Shown: positions 8,886-19,786, counted from the first letter of the stretch. The stretch: 64,000 nucleotides of DNA from Methylomarinum vadi (GCF_000733935.1 NZ_JPON01000001.1:3482623-3546622); one strand, 5' to 3'. The notes: a model not told the origin generated them from the letters alone. Program-made: numbers and translations.

Positions 8886-11080
8886 AAGTAGCGACCGGTT
8901 GCAATTAAAACCCGTTCTTCTTGTTCGGGGATATTATCGAGTGTTGACTGGATGCTTTTTCGTTGTTTGGTTGTTTCGCCACCTTGCAGCACGACAACAT
9001 GTTTGACAAATGTTCGGATTCTTTCGGCCAATACAGAAACATGCTGTTTACGCTCGGTCAGTACTAGCGGTGATCGTCCTTCCTGCAACAATTTTTCTAC
9101 ATCATCAATGATCAGCTGATTGCGTTTTTCATCCTGGATCAACGCTTGGTATATTTGATGAATCGCTAAATGTGAATCAACATCTTCTGTTGAAGGTAAT
9201 ATAAACTCGGTATCCCTGAATACCAACCTGTGCTCAAATGGCCTGGCTATCGCTTGTTTTTTCGCATCGACTTTATAGCGTACTGGGCCGCATTGCATGG
9301 TAACGATCGGATGATGCCCATCTTTACGAACCAATGTTGCCGACAAGCCGAGAACGTATTTCGCTTTACAGGCTTTAGCTACATTTTCAAAATTCACTGC
9401 GGACAAATGATGACACTCATCAAAAATGACCTGACCATAATTTGCGACGACGTCATCGATTTGTTGTTGCCGGAACAAGCTTTGCATAACCGCTACATCG
9501 ATAATACCCGTCGGTTTGCGCTTGCCCCCGCCAATCCGTCCTACCTTTTTTTGGTCTATCGTTAAAAACTGTGCAATTCGTTCAAGCCATTGATCAAGTA
9601 ATTGTCGCCGGTGAACAATGATTAAGGTATTCACCTGTCTTCGTGCTAAAAGATATAAAGCGATGACCGTTTTGCCGAACGCCGTTGTTGCCGATAATGT
9701 ACCGGTATCGTGCTGCAATAAACAATCCACTACGGTTTGTTGTTCAGGCAACAACTCTCCCTGAAAATGTAGATCTTCGATTTTGTTACCGGCAAAACGT
9801 TCATCCTGTAGATCCACCTGCACGTTCAATTCCTTACATAACGACAGCAGCTCTTCAAGGCAACCTCTTGGTATGGCAATATGCTGCGAATAGTTTTCTG
9901 CACAGGCAATGATTCTGGGTTTATCAAACGTCGGCAATCTCATCGCCTGGGCTTTATAAAACTCCGGGTTCTGAAATGCCGCCAAACGAATAATTTTATT
10001 TTGCAGGCTTGGCGGTAAGTTTTGTTTTTCGATGAATAATTGGCTAGCCTGAGTGACATGCAATGATGCCGGTAACTTATCTGACTGAATTGTAATCTGG
10101 GTTTTACGTGAAGGGGGTAACGTCCAAGGTTCGCCATCATCTTCTGCAACCGGCATACGAACGCCAAGCAAGTCACCATTGCTCTCCGCTTGTTCAATCA
10201 GTTGTCTCGTCTCAATGGGAGATAAACGTTTCAGTGTGGATAAAAACGCCCATTGATCTTCATAAGGCTTGAAATGTTCATCGACAAATACGCTATTCTT
10301 TTGATCACGCGCTTTTTTCTGTAATGGCAAAGCAATCAGGTTCCCAAACCCTCCTTTTGGCAGAGTATCCTGATTTGGAAAAAAGCGATCATACGAATCG
10401 AACCCGATTTCCGGGTATTCCGCCATCGCTTGTGTTAATAACAACGCGGCTAATTTCCGAGCTTCAACCGCAAAAATCGCTTGGGTAAAAAACACCCAAA
10501 TATGTGCGCCCTGTCCGGAGCGGGAAATTTCAATGGCATGCGGAACTTGTTTTTGTTGGCAGATGCGTGAGAAGGCCTGAACATCGGATTGCCATTGTGC
10601 TTTGTCAAAATCCACCGCGACAAACCAACAACGCTCATCCGGCAACATGGGATATACTCCCATCACAAAATCAGTATTTGAGTGATAGTCAGTTCCTGAA
10701 AGATGGCTCTGAATGACCAGGTCCGTTACCGGCAGAAATGCCTTGTGTTGACACGCGCTGCATTTGACTCTGGGTTTGTCACAGATGCCTTTTTTCCATT
10801 CATTACCACAAACAGGCGAATAACCTGACTTTCCGGTTTTGCTGTTTTCCCAGCGTCGTGGATAGACATCTTCCCGGCCTTTAAACAGCTCGCGAAATAA
10901 ACGAATTTTCTCGGCGTTAGAAGATAATTGGGTGACTGGGGCTGAAGAAGTAGGTGATTTTAATGATTTGAGATCGTTGAGTTGTCGCTGTAACGATGCT
11001 CTTTTGGTATCTAAAGCATGAATCTCTTTTTCTAAAGCGGCAATTTTTTGGTTAAGGTCATTATTCATACTTTCTTTCAT
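8886..11080 (-). pseudogene. 5' part of a gene for an N-terminal coiled-coil + archaeo-eukaryotic primase (AEP) domain + SF2 (DEAD/DEAH-like) helicase fusion. It is interrupted by the IS1182 copy and resembles proteins annotated as TOTE conflict-system primase/helicase or as island primase-helicases.
   Basis: AEP motifs WFVAVDFD (DxD) and SRSGQGAHIWVFF (SGxGxH); helicase motifs TTAFGKT (Walker A), DECHHLSA (motif II), LGLSATL (III); and motif VI QYVGRLHR on the other side of the IS. Confidence 0.7.
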
Positions 11081-11164
11081 CCGAAAGAATATTATTCGAC
11101 AATAACCTACCAGGTCGGATTACGGCTAATCTATCCAATGAGCTGTGAACAAAATTGATTGCAT

Positions 11165-11584
11165 TCATTCTGAAAGCGGGTTTATCAATTGTACTCCGGT
11201 ATTTTCAAAGTCTTTGGTATTTCGCGTAACAACGGTTAAATCATAGATTATCCCGGTAGCAGCAATCAATTTATCTAAAGAGTGCTCGTGGTTAGGGACG
11301 CGTAATTTTCCCCAAAGTAAAGCAATTTCGCTATCAATGGACAGGATGTTGTCTTGATATTGATCGAGAATAGTATTGAGCCAGTTTTCCAACCGTTTAC
11401 CTTGAGCTATGTCGCCACGGTGGAAAATCAGATCGACGCCTCTGCGCAATTCCCCTATCGTAATGGACGAGATATAAACAGGTATATTCTCCTGAATGAC
11501 TTGATCGAAAAATTCTCGCACACCGGAATCGGCTTTATCACCTTTCCTAAGTTCGCTGATGATGTTGGTGTCAATCAAATACAT
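11165..11584 (-). CDS. vapC: VapC/FitB-like PIN-domain toxin (start at MYLIDTNII; ORF-track start 11635 is an upstream extension)
   Basis: PIN N-terminal signature YLIDTNIISE; 14-nt overlap with the upstream antitoxin gene. Confidence 0.8.
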   Translation of the reverse strand: MYLIDTNIISELRKGDKADSGVREFFDQVIQENIPVYISSITIGELRRGVDLIFHRGDIAQGKRLENWLNTILDQYQDNILSIDSEIALLWGKLRVPNHEHSLDKLIAATGIIYDLTVVTRNTKDFENTGVQLINPLSE

Positions 11585-11807
11585 TGGATTCGCTGGTGTC
11601 GTCATCGACACGCTGAAAATCCGTATCCATGCCAACGGCAGGAATGCTGGCTAACGCTTCAGCAAAGCTTTTACGTTGCGGTTTCATCAGAACTTCAGCC
11701 AAAATGGCTCGGTGTTCGGCTTCGGTCGAGCGGTGGTGTTTAACGGCTCGTTCCTTTAGCGCAGTAACGATCGATTCATCCAGGTTTCTAACAACTAGGC
11801 TTGGCAT
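11571..11807 (-). CDS. vapB: VapB/FitA-like antitoxin (Arc/MetJ or StbC-type)
   Basis: MPSLVVRNLDESIVTALKERAVKHHRSTEAEHRAIL is the classic plasmid-stability antitoxin N-terminus. Lies upstream of the PIN gene and overlaps it. Confidence 0.7.
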   Translation of the reverse strand: MPSLVVRNLDESIVTALKERAVKHHRSTEAEHRAILAEVLMKPQRKSFAEALASIPAVGMDTDFQRVDDDTSESNVFD

Positions 11808-12391
11808 GACGGGCTCCTAGAACTTGATTGCTATCAATGCTATCATTTTTTTATGTGTATTCAAACTCGGTCGAATGAGATAGTCCAAAGAATAAGATAT
11901 TGCTGAGCTATTCATATGCTGATTTCATGTAATTCAAGTGCTTAACTCGAATCTGGCGTGTGTAATTTTTGTGTAATTGTGCAAAGAAAAGTAGCAATTT
12001 TGAAGGAACTTCAAGGATAGCAGAGGTATAAAAAATTTATAGTATATTTTTTAAAATCAATGAATTAAGAATATTAAAGAACATCCGTGAATTCGAGTGA
12101 AATGCAGGGCACCCGTGTTCAATAAATGTAAGTCCGTTTCGATAATTGCTTGTGGAAATTATAAGTCATCATAGCAAAGGAAGCTCTAGATGGAGCATGT
12201 TGTAATTCTTTATGTCTCAATTCATCGCATGCGTATTTCAGATATTCTGGATCTAACTCCGACGCTGTTGCTTGCGTGAATTTGCATTAACATAAATTAG
12301 GCGTGAATATCCGAAATTCACCACTGGCGAAAAATTGGAATCCGCCTTTATTCAACACGTTGCTAGCGAAAAGTGCGGATAAGTTCAACGG

Positions 12392-12913
12392 CTAATCCGG
12401 TTCAGCTAAAATCGACCGAATGGTTTCGAGAGTCATCATCAGCGTCATCGGCTGGATCGTAGATTCGACAAACCCGCGCGAGAGATAAAATTGTTTGGCG
12501 GGTTCTGAAAGCGCGTGAACTAAAATCGCAAACACCCCAGTATCTTTCGAGACGTTTACAGCACGCAGCAGGGCATCACGCAGCAGTTCCTGGCCGATGC
12601 CTTGATTGTGATAGCGTTGATCGACAGCAAGTCTGCCCAACAAGATAACGGGTAGCGGGTCAGGCATATTTCGCCGCATCGACTTGGGTGATGCTTCGTG
12701 ACTGATTGCGCCTGCCGACAGACAATAATAACCGATCACCTTGTTGTCATTGCAAACGACAAAACAGCGAGAAGCGCCTGCCGCTTGGTTTTTCAACGCG
12801 CGTTTTTGCAGCCAGTTGTTTAACGATATCTCACCGCTATCAAAATCCGTTATGTCATGATCTTCGGTGATAGGCGCTGGTGCGGAAAGAAGGAGATCTG
12901 CCATCAATCCCAA
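12392..12913 (-). CDS. GNAT-family acetyltransferase toxin (TacT/KacT-like)
   Basis: GNAT motif (RLAVDQRYHNQGIGQELLRDAL); overlaps the upstream DUF1778 gene by 10 nt. Confidence 0.75.
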   Translation of the reverse strand: MGLMADLLLSAPAPITEDHDITDFDSGEISLNNWLQKRALKNQAAGASRCFVVCNDNKVIGYYCLSAGAISHEASPKSMRRNMPDPLPVILLGRLAVDQRYHNQGIGQELLRDALLRAVNVSKDTGVFAILVHALSEPAKQFYLSRGFVESTIQPMTLMMTLETIRSILAEPD

Positions 12914-13182
12914 GGTGCTTTTTTCTTCAGTAAACGACGTAATTTATCCGTGGGCGGCAGTGGTTTATCCAACAATGCTTGAAATTGCGCGAACGTGCCC
13001 GCATCGACAGCAAAAAAAGCTTGGTCGAGCAAAACATCTTCAGCTTCTCGGCACGCGGCTTCAAGCATGAATTCTGAGCGACTACGGCCTAAACGGCTGG
13101 CGGCTTGATCAATCAAGTCGCGTTGTTTAGCTTTAGCCCGGATATTGATCGAGACAGCTTCATTGGAATGACTATGTTGCAT
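12904..13182 (-). CDS. DUF1778 (RHH) antitoxin partner of the GNAT toxin (TacA/KacA-like)
   Basis: SINIRAKAKQRDLIDQAASRLGRSRSEFMLEAA is the DUF1778 ribbon-helix-helix signature. Confidence 0.75.
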   Translation of the reverse strand: MQHSHSNEAVSINIRAKAKQRDLIDQAASRLGRSRSEFMLEAACREAEDVLLDQAFFAVDAGTFAQFQALLDKPLPPTDKLRRLLKKKAPWD

Positions 13183-13797
13183 TGTTATACCTCAATATGT
13201 ATAGATATATGCTATACAATATAACAATGAAAATACAACACAGTCAATATGTAGATCATACGGTAACGTCTTAAATCTAATCAGGCGGCCTGTTGCATAT
13301 CCACATACCACCCACCAGGAACACCGGCATCAAATTTCAAACCAATACTCTTGAAATTGATGTACTCGAGGGGTGAGATCACAAAAAAGCCTTGTCATTA
13401 TCGTTTGTCACCTACCTGAAAATGATGTACCGCGCACTAACATCTAAAATTAGCTTCATGCCGATTTATCTTGGTAACTTTCGCTTTGAAATTGGCCGAA
13501 CTGAGATCGTCATTGTGAAATTCAAGAAGGCCAATTTTTTAAGCTGAGAGAGTAAGTTCGGAGTTTATCACCGTTCAAAAACTACAGTAGTTTATTCAGT
13601 TTCATACTGCTTTTAACGACTTTACACATTTTTAAAACTACATATCCTTTTGATGATAGAGAGCTATAAGTAGTATGTAGTCTTATGGCGCATTATTAGT
13701 TCGGGCTTACAATGTATTAGGTGGTTGTTAGAATCATTCCCGACCCACCATGAATACTGAAAAAGCCAGTTATCCAGCCAATAATGATTCATGTGGG

Positions 13798-14238
13798 TCA
13801 TTTCTTTCGGTAGTGCAAAGTCTGGGTAAATGTACCGTCGCCATTGTTGCTCGATTCCATATGGCCGGTGATGCCGATGTAGCGGCCCGTACCTCCGACA
13901 ATCGTCAGTTCCGATCTTCCTTGGTCAAATTCCCGCCCACTGACCTGTATAGTGCCGCTCTTCAGGGTTAAAGTCCATTGGCATTGAAAGCTGTGGTTCA
14001 CCCTGGTACGTATGCAGATACCGCTGTTATTGCCGATAGGTCGACGTTGCTGATCGAGCAACGGCTGATCGAACGTCAGGACGTCGCCCAGCGAGTCGCC
14101 GGGTTCACCGAGATCCGTTACGGTCGCCGGGTGATTTCTGGCGTCGGCAACGGTTTCGAGTGTTTGAAAGGTAGGTTGTATGCAGGAAGTCAGCCCCAGG
14201 AGGCTTGCGCAGAACAAGCGGTATAATCGGTTACACAT
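13798..14238 (-). CDS. Hypothetical lipoprotein (lipobox LLGLTSC)
   Basis: Signal peptide plus Cys lipobox; no recognisable catalytic motifs. Confidence 0.4.
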   Translation of the reverse strand: MCNRLYRLFCASLLGLTSCIQPTFQTLETVADARNHPATVTDLGEPGDSLGDVLTFDQPLLDQQRRPIGNNSGICIRTRVNHSFQCQWTLTLKSGTIQVSGREFDQGRSELTIVGGTGRYIGITGHMESSNNGDGTFTQTLHYRKK

Positions 14239-14434
14239 TCAATTAACCTCATTAACGGTTTTTAAAGCGGCGCATTGTTTTTGCCGGCATATATATTCAT
14301 AGTTGGAAATAAGATTCATCGTAATCAGTGCGCCAGTTCGATTCAACTTAGACAAAGGCAAACTTTTCGACATCGTCGTCGGCGAACAGCGATAGGGCTA
14401 GTTTTACGGCCCCCAGTCGAGTAAGGGGCATGGC

Positions 14435-14956
14435 TTACTCATTGTCGAGGTAATCTTTTTTACCGAGTTCGACTCCTTGATGGCGGAGTATGGCGTAGGC
14501 CGTCGTGACATGAAAATAGAAATGGGGAATGATGTTAGCCAACAAATAATCTCGCCCCGTATAAACGACTTCTTTGTCCGCTAACTTGAATGTAATCAGT
14601 CGATCATGGCTATGGTCGATCAATTCGCTATCGATTCCTCGCAAAAAATCAGTGGTCTTGCGTATTTTCTTCTTGAAGGCGTCGAATGTGATTTCATCGA
14701 ATTCGTATTGGGGTGAGTTAATCCCAGCCAAGCGCGCAGCGCACGTTTTCGCCATGTCGGCGGCGATTTGAATTTGTTGGCTGAGCGGATACATATCCGG
14801 CGCCAAACGGGCGTCGAGAAGAACGGATTCATCGATACCTTCGGCTTCGGCATAAGATCTGGCCTTGTCGATGATCGACGATAAATTACCAAGCATACGA
14901 ATAAAATGGGGAATAGAGGCTTGGTACATGGAAATAGACATAGTTCGTTCGACCAT
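14435..14956 (-). CDS. DUF1993-like (DinB/YfiT-fold) protein
   Basis: The N-terminus MSISMYQASIPHFIRMLGNLSSIIDKA resembles DUF1993 family starts, recalled from memory and not searched. Confidence 0.4.
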   Translation of the reverse strand: MVERTMSISMYQASIPHFIRMLGNLSSIIDKARSYAEAEGIDESVLLDARLAPDMYPLSQQIQIAADMAKTCAARLAGINSPQYEFDEITFDAFKKKIRKTTDFLRGIDSELIDHSHDRLITFKLADKEVVYTGRDYLLANIIPHFYFHVTTAYAILRHQGVELGKKDYLDNE

Positions 14957-15363
14957 TAACGGTTAGCGTTGTAGCGACAATATGGATTGAACGTCCATTT
15001 GAAGGATTTCGGCTCGACTAAATAAAGCCGAAAGTCGCTATAGACAAACTTCGATTTTGAGGCTGTTCGAACAGCAAATCCTGCGATTGTTTTGATTAGC
15101 CATGAACTCATGTCCGGTCGAATTTTTAGTCGACATTCATTCGGCCTCATCGAAAAAGAAAAGCCTCGAGGACCATCGTCGCCGGCCCAGTCTTTTCGTA
15201 TCCCAAGCAGTTTATGCAGATCAATCTGCACCAGATTGCCCAGGACCGGCATGTCCTTGGGCCCGGTAGCTGAGATAAGCTTCGAGGCGGTTGGACTTCG
15301 GACGTAAGGCAGCGTTATCGTTTTTGGGAGACCGTTAAGCCATACCGATATCGGCACAAACAC
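14956..15363 (-). CDS. Hypothetical protein (start uncertain)
   Basis: ORF only; abuts the downstream gene. Confidence 0.25.
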   Translation of the reverse strand: MFVPISVWLNGLPKTITLPYVRSPTASKLISATGPKDMPVLGNLVQIDLHKLLGIRKDWAGDDGPRGFSFSMRPNECRLKIRPDMSSWLIKTIAGFAVRTASKSKFVYSDFRLYLVEPKSFKWTFNPYCRYNANR

Positions 15364-15421
15364 AACGCAGTCGGTAGTTCTTATCGGCCGGATAAGAATT
15401 CTATATCATAAAATGGTATGA

Positions 15422-16885
15422 ATGACAGCTTCGACATTAATATCACTTATGAATCTTAAAAAAACCATCGTTTTCTTCCTGCCTATAGTTTTGTTGTTAA
15501 TGACAGCCGTTATCGGAATGCCCCAAGGTGATCGCAATGCCTATCTTTGTTTGTTGCTAATGGGCTGGATGGTTGTGTGGTGGGTCTTCGAAGTGTTACC
15601 GCTTGGCATTACGGCCCTGATTCCGCTTTGTTTTTTGCCATTATTGCAGGTCATGCCCATCAAACAGGTCAGTCCTTTTTACGCGAATCCTGTCATTTAT
15701 TTGTTTTTGGGTGGTTTTATGATTGCGCGCGCGTTGGAGAAAACGAAACTCGACGAGCGTATTGCCTTGAAGATCTTACTGGTTACAGGGCGATCGGATG
15801 TGGGCATCATCACCGGGTTTATTATCGCGACGGCTTTTTTAAGCATGTGGATCAGCAACACGGCGACGACCGTCATGATGGTGCCGATTGCCCTGTCGGT
15901 GGTCCAGTTTTTAAAGCAGAATTTGCCTGAAAATTCCCGTCGAACCCTGCAATCGATGACGGTCGTGTTGTTTTTGTCGATTGCCTACTCCGCCAATATC
16001 GGCGGCATCATGACGCCTATCGGGACGCCGCCGAATGTCGTGTTCATGGGGTATTTGGATGAGCTTTACGCACGCAAAGTTGATTTTTGGCAATGGTTCG
16101 TCGTTACAACGCCGGTGGCTATCGGGTTATTGGTTATTATGCTTTATACGTTAAAACGCATGTATCGTTTTGCCGTGCCGATTCCTCCGGGGTTTAAAGA
16201 CTTTATACTGGAAAGAATCGCGGCGCTTGGACGTATCGATAATCCACAAAAAGTCACGATCGGCGTTTTTATATTGGCAGCCTTTTTATGGATAGCGAAG
16301 GGCATGATCCATTATTTGCTAGGCTTCGAATTCCTCAATGATACCTCGATAGCCATCTTTGCCGGCATCTTATTGTTTTTAGTGCCGACTAATTTTGAGG
16401 AAATGGCCCCGGTTTTAGACCGTAAGGATATCGCCCATTTGCCGTGGGATATCGTGTTGCTTTTCGGGGGAGGAATGGCTTTGGCGGGTTCTTTAAAAGA
16501 AGTCGGTCTTATTCAGCTGACCACGGAGTATTTCGCCTCGATCGATTTTGCTAGTCCTTACTGGTTAATCGTGACGCTGGCGGCTATTTCCTTGTTTCTT
16601 ACCGAAGTCATGAGCAATGTCGCTCTATGCGTGGTGGCGTTGCCAATGATTATGAAGCTGGGAGAGGCGCAAGGCCTCGATCCCGTCCTCGTAGCGCTAC
16701 CGGCGGCGCTTTGCGCCAGTTTTGCCTTTAGCATGCCGATTTCGACGCCCCCCAATGCGATCGTATTTGGGACTCAAACCATTACTGTCAAGCAAATGTT
16801 GAAAGCGGGAATGTTGCTGAACCTGATTGCCTTAGCTATCACCATGACGCTGGGATTCGCATTGTTGAAAGCGATGATTGAATAA
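15422..16885 (+). CDS. DASS/SLC13-family anion (di/tricarboxylate or sulfate):Na+ symporter
   Basis: Polytopic membrane protein of ~487 aa with duplicated SNTAT/TPPN hairpin-like motifs (WISNTATTVMM ... ISTPPNAIVF). Confidence 0.7.
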   Translation: MTASTLISLMNLKKTIVFFLPIVLLLMTAVIGMPQGDRNAYLCLLLMGWMVVWWVFEVLPLGITALIPLCFLPLLQVMPIKQVSPFYANPVIYLFLGGFMIARALEKTKLDERIALKILLVTGRSDVGIITGFIIATAFLSMWISNTATTVMMVPIALSVVQFLKQNLPENSRRTLQSMTVVLFLSIAYSANIGGIMTPIGTPPNVVFMGYLDELYARKVDFWQWFVVTTPVAIGLLVIMLYTLKRMYRFAVPIPPGFKDFILERIAALGRIDNPQKVTIGVFILAAFLWIAKGMIHYLLGFEFLNDTSIAIFAGILLFLVPTNFEEMAPVLDRKDIAHLPWDIVLLFGGGMALAGSLKEVGLIQLTTEYFASIDFASPYWLIVTLAAISLFLTEVMSNVALCVVALPMIMKLGEAQGLDPVLVALPAALCASFAFSMPISTPPNAIVFGTQTITVKQMLKAGMLLNLIALAITMTLGFALLKAMIE

Positions 16886-17193
16886 CATGCCGAATTATGT
16901 TTAATGCCGGGTATTAGCAAGATGTGAGAAGCCGGAAAGAATTGGAGGCAATTATAGAGTTTTTCGCATCGACTTTTGTTTTAACGGTTTCGGGTATTTC
17001 CTTTTTTAGCGGTCTCGAGGCCTGTTGAATAATTTAACAGCTAAGGCTTCGGCTAGATAAGGTTCATCCTCAAGGCAGAGCTCCATGAGGCGACGCGAAT
17101 ATTAACGTGTTGTCGTGCGAAAATGCCAGTTCCGAAGCTTTGCAGAGCAAGCCTGCATCTGATAGAGCGCAGATGCAGGCGGTAACAGATGCG

Positions 17194-18237
17194 TTAATTG
17201 TCTTTATAGACCACTTTATTCCGCCCCGACTTTTTGGCGGTATACAGGGCATTGTCGGCCCGGGCGATAAAGCTTTCCGGGCTATCGTCGATTTTCAACG
17301 ATGTCGCGCCTATCGATACGGTAACTTTACCGATGGAACGGCCATTGTCCTTTTGCTTAAGTTGGTTGCTGGCCAAGGCTATTCTGATTTGTTCCGCTAT
17401 TGCCAATGCCTCTTCAAGGTGCGTGTTAGGCATGACGACGGCCATTTCTTCGCCGCCGTAACGGGCGGCTAAATGATGTTCGGCGACATGGTTTTTTATC
17501 AGGCCCGCGGTAAAGCGTAATACTTTGTCGCCAATCAAGTGGCCGAAAGTGTCGTTGACTTTTTTGAAGTGGTCCAGGTCGAGGATCAATAAACAATGGG
17601 CCGAATCAATCGAGTTGGCCACCAGTTCATGCAAAACGTTATCGAAAGCTCGCCGATTTATTAGGCCGGTCAAGGCATCTGTCGTTGCCATTTCCCGGAC
17701 CTTGGTCAGCTCGTCACGTAACGAAGCCAGTTCCTGGTTGGCTTCGTAGAGTCTTGATTTCAAGGTATTACTAATTTCGAGTAACTGTTGTGTTTCGGCG
17801 ACGATGCCGGAAAGTACTGTTTTAACTTGGGAGAGATCGTCTATTTCCTCTAATTTCAAGGAGTCGACTTGGACATTTTCGCTAAAACTAGCAACTTGGT
17901 TGCCGGAATTCTGGACGGTTGATGTAGTTTTGTCGATCAGCGCTTGTAAATCGAAATTGATTTTTTCGAATGACTCTACCGATGCGTTGCAAATATAGGT
18001 TTTATAAAGATTCAGACTGATTTTGTCGTCTAAAGGAATATGTTGGTTTATCAGGTCGTCGATGGCCGCATTCAGTTTCCTATTATTTCCGGCTACATAT
18101 TCATACCAGATCGCATAATTAATGGGATGGGCGGAAACCCTGTGTTTCATCATTAACGGCACGCTTTGCCTGAGCAATTGTGCGTTATATTCGGGACAGG
18201 GATCGTAACTGGGCAGAAAGGTAGTGATTTCGGTCAT
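17194..18237 (-). CDS. GGDEF-domain diguanylate cyclase with N-terminal sensory region
   Basis: RYGGEEMAVVMP (GGEEF active site), DHFKKVND. Confidence 0.85.
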   Translation of the reverse strand: MTEITTFLPSYDPCPEYNAQLLRQSVPLMMKHRVSAHPINYAIWYEYVAGNNRKLNAAIDDLINQHIPLDDKISLNLYKTYICNASVESFEKINFDLQALIDKTTSTVQNSGNQVASFSENVQVDSLKLEEIDDLSQVKTVLSGIVAETQQLLEISNTLKSRLYEANQELASLRDELTKVREMATTDALTGLINRRAFDNVLHELVANSIDSAHCLLILDLDHFKKVNDTFGHLIGDKVLRFTAGLIKNHVAEHHLAARYGGEEMAVVMPNTHLEEALAIAEQIRIALASNQLKQKDNGRSIGKVTVSIGATSLKIDDSPESFIARADNALYTAKKSGRNKVVYKDN

Positions 18238-18411
18238 CTTTGTCAGTTAAAAAATAAGTCCGAATGTAAGAATAGACCGACGAAGGTAATTTGCAATCTT
18301 TGATGAAAAAAATTATGCAACCGCTTAGTTTGCGAATTTTGAAGTGTTTCTCTTTCTATTTGATCAAGGCGCTTGATGGCGCCCACATCGGCAAGGCGAT
18401 GGGGACCATGG

Positions 18412-19536
18412 CTAATAATTTTTTGAATTTCTGCTGTTACGAAATATCAATGGTTTTTCATCGCTTGACAAGGCCGTCGCTCTGGCCGAATCGATCGCCT
18501 CCTGAATCACATGGTGCTGCGGCGATTTGCTGCAGACGGGGTCGGTCGCGTACATATCGCCGGTCATCAGGTAAGCTTGGCAGCGGCAACCGCCGAAATC
18601 TTTTTCCTTCTCGTCGCAACTGCGGCAAGGTTCTTTCATCCAGTCATAGCCACGGAAGAAATTGAACGCCTTCGAGTCGTTCCAGATTTCCTCGATGCTG
18701 TAGTCTTTGACGTTGGGGCAGTCCAGTCCCGGCAGTTCGCGCGCCGAGTGGCAGGGCAGGGCGACGCCGTCTGGGGCAATGGTCAAAAATGTCGTGCCCC
18801 AGCCGTTCATGCAGGCTTTCGGCCGGTCTTCGTAATAGTCCGGGATGACGTAATAGATTTTCATCTTGCCGGCGACTTTTTCCTTGTATGCCTGGGCGAT
18901 CCGTTCCGCCTCCTCGAACTGTTCCTTGGTGGGCAGCAGCAGATCGCGGTTGGCGTGGGCCCAGCCGTAATACTGGGTATTGGCCAATTCCAGATAATCG
19001 GCGCCCAGGTTTTCGGCCATTTCCAGAATCTGCGGCATTTGATGGATGTTTTCGCGGTGGATCACGACGCATAGCACCATCGGGTAGCCGTGTTTCTTGA
19101 CCAGGCGGGCGACTTCCTGTTTATGCTGGTAGGATTCGGTGCCGGCGATATGATCGTTCAGTTCCTGGGTGCTGGCTTGGATGCTGACCTGGATATGATC
19201 CAGTCCCGCTTGTTTCAACTCGATGATCTTGTCTTCGTTCAGGCCGTAACCCGAAGTGATCAGGTTGGAATAATAGCCGAGTTCGCGGGCATGCTTGACC
19301 AATTCGGGCAGATCCCGGCGCGTTAACGGTTCGCCGCCGGAAAATCCCAATTGCACCGCGCCCATTTTGCGCGCCTGCGTCAGCACCCGTTTCCAATCGT
19401 CGGTGCTTAGTTCATCCGGATAGTTGGCATAGTCCAGCGGATTGGAGCAATAAGGGCATTGCAGCGGGCATTTATAGCTTAGCTCCGCCAGCAGCCAGCG
19501 CGGCGGCGTGATATTAGGGTTGTTGGATCCAGCCAT
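18412..19536 (-). CDS. pqqE: PqqE, radical-SAM PQQ biosynthesis enzyme
   Basis: [10 protein letters not shown] radical SAM cluster motif; SPASM Cys-rich C-terminus; operon context. Confidence 0.9.
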   Translation of the reverse strand: MAGSNNPNITPPRWLLAELSYKCPLQCPYCSNPLDYANYPDELSTDDWKRVLTQARKMGAVQLGFSGGEPLTRRDLPELVKHARELGYYSNLITSGYGLNEDKIIELKQAGLDHIQVSIQASTQELNDHIAGTESYQHKQEVARLVKKHGYPMVLCVVIHRENIHQMPQILEMAENLGADYLELANTQYYGWAHANRDLLLPTKEQFEEAERIAQAYKEKVAGKMKIYYVIPDYYEDRPKACMNGWGTTFLTIAPDGVALPCHSARELPGLDCPNVKDYSIEEIWNDSKAFNFFRGYDWMKEPCRSCDEKEKDFGGCRCQAYLMTGDMYATDPVCSKSPQHHVIQEAIDSARATALSSDEKPLIFRNSRNSKNY

Positions 19537-19786
19537 TTTTTATAGCGACGTTAAGAAAGTTACTGATATCGTTGGTCAGACCGCTGGTGGAAAATTTTTG
19601 TTCCAGTTCGGTCACGATTTCGTCTAGTTTACGGGTGCCGTCGCACAGCTTGAGGATTTCGGCGGAGCTTTGATTCAGTTCCACCATGCCTTCCGGATAG
19701 AGGATGACGTCTTTTTGCTGCGCTTCCTCCCATTGCAGGCGGTGCAGGGGGGAGAAGCTGATGGTTTGGTTCGGATCGATGCTCAT
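19514..19786 (-). CDS. pqqD: PqqD peptide chaperone
   Basis: 90 aa; lies between pqqC and pqqE and overlaps pqqE. Confidence 0.85.
   Translation of the reverse strand: MSIDPNQTISFSPLHRLQWEEAQQKDVILYPEGMVELNQSSAEILKLCDGTRKLDEIVTELEQKFSTSGLTNDISNFLNVAIKNGWIQQP

Noticed and set aside
17148-17180. Inverted repeat gcctgcatctg-N8-cagatgcaggc just downstream of the GGDEF gene
   Set aside because: It is plausibly a terminator stem for the minus-strand GGDEF gene, but there is no T-run on the relevant strand, so it is not called as an intrinsic terminator.
18511-19100. Long ORFs antisense to pqqE (187, 142, 70 aa), and similar antisense or alternate-frame ORFs inside pqqB/pqqC (20041..21531), trkH (27029..28040), the NMT1-like gene (48175..48969), the IS91 transposase (35740..36444, 60276..60980), the MotB linker (62527..62952) and the fchA region (55806..56371)
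   Set aside because: They are typical of GC-rich coding DNA. They have Arg/Pro/Gly-rich low-complexity translations and no SDs, and they are fully contained within well-supported genes on the other strand or frame.
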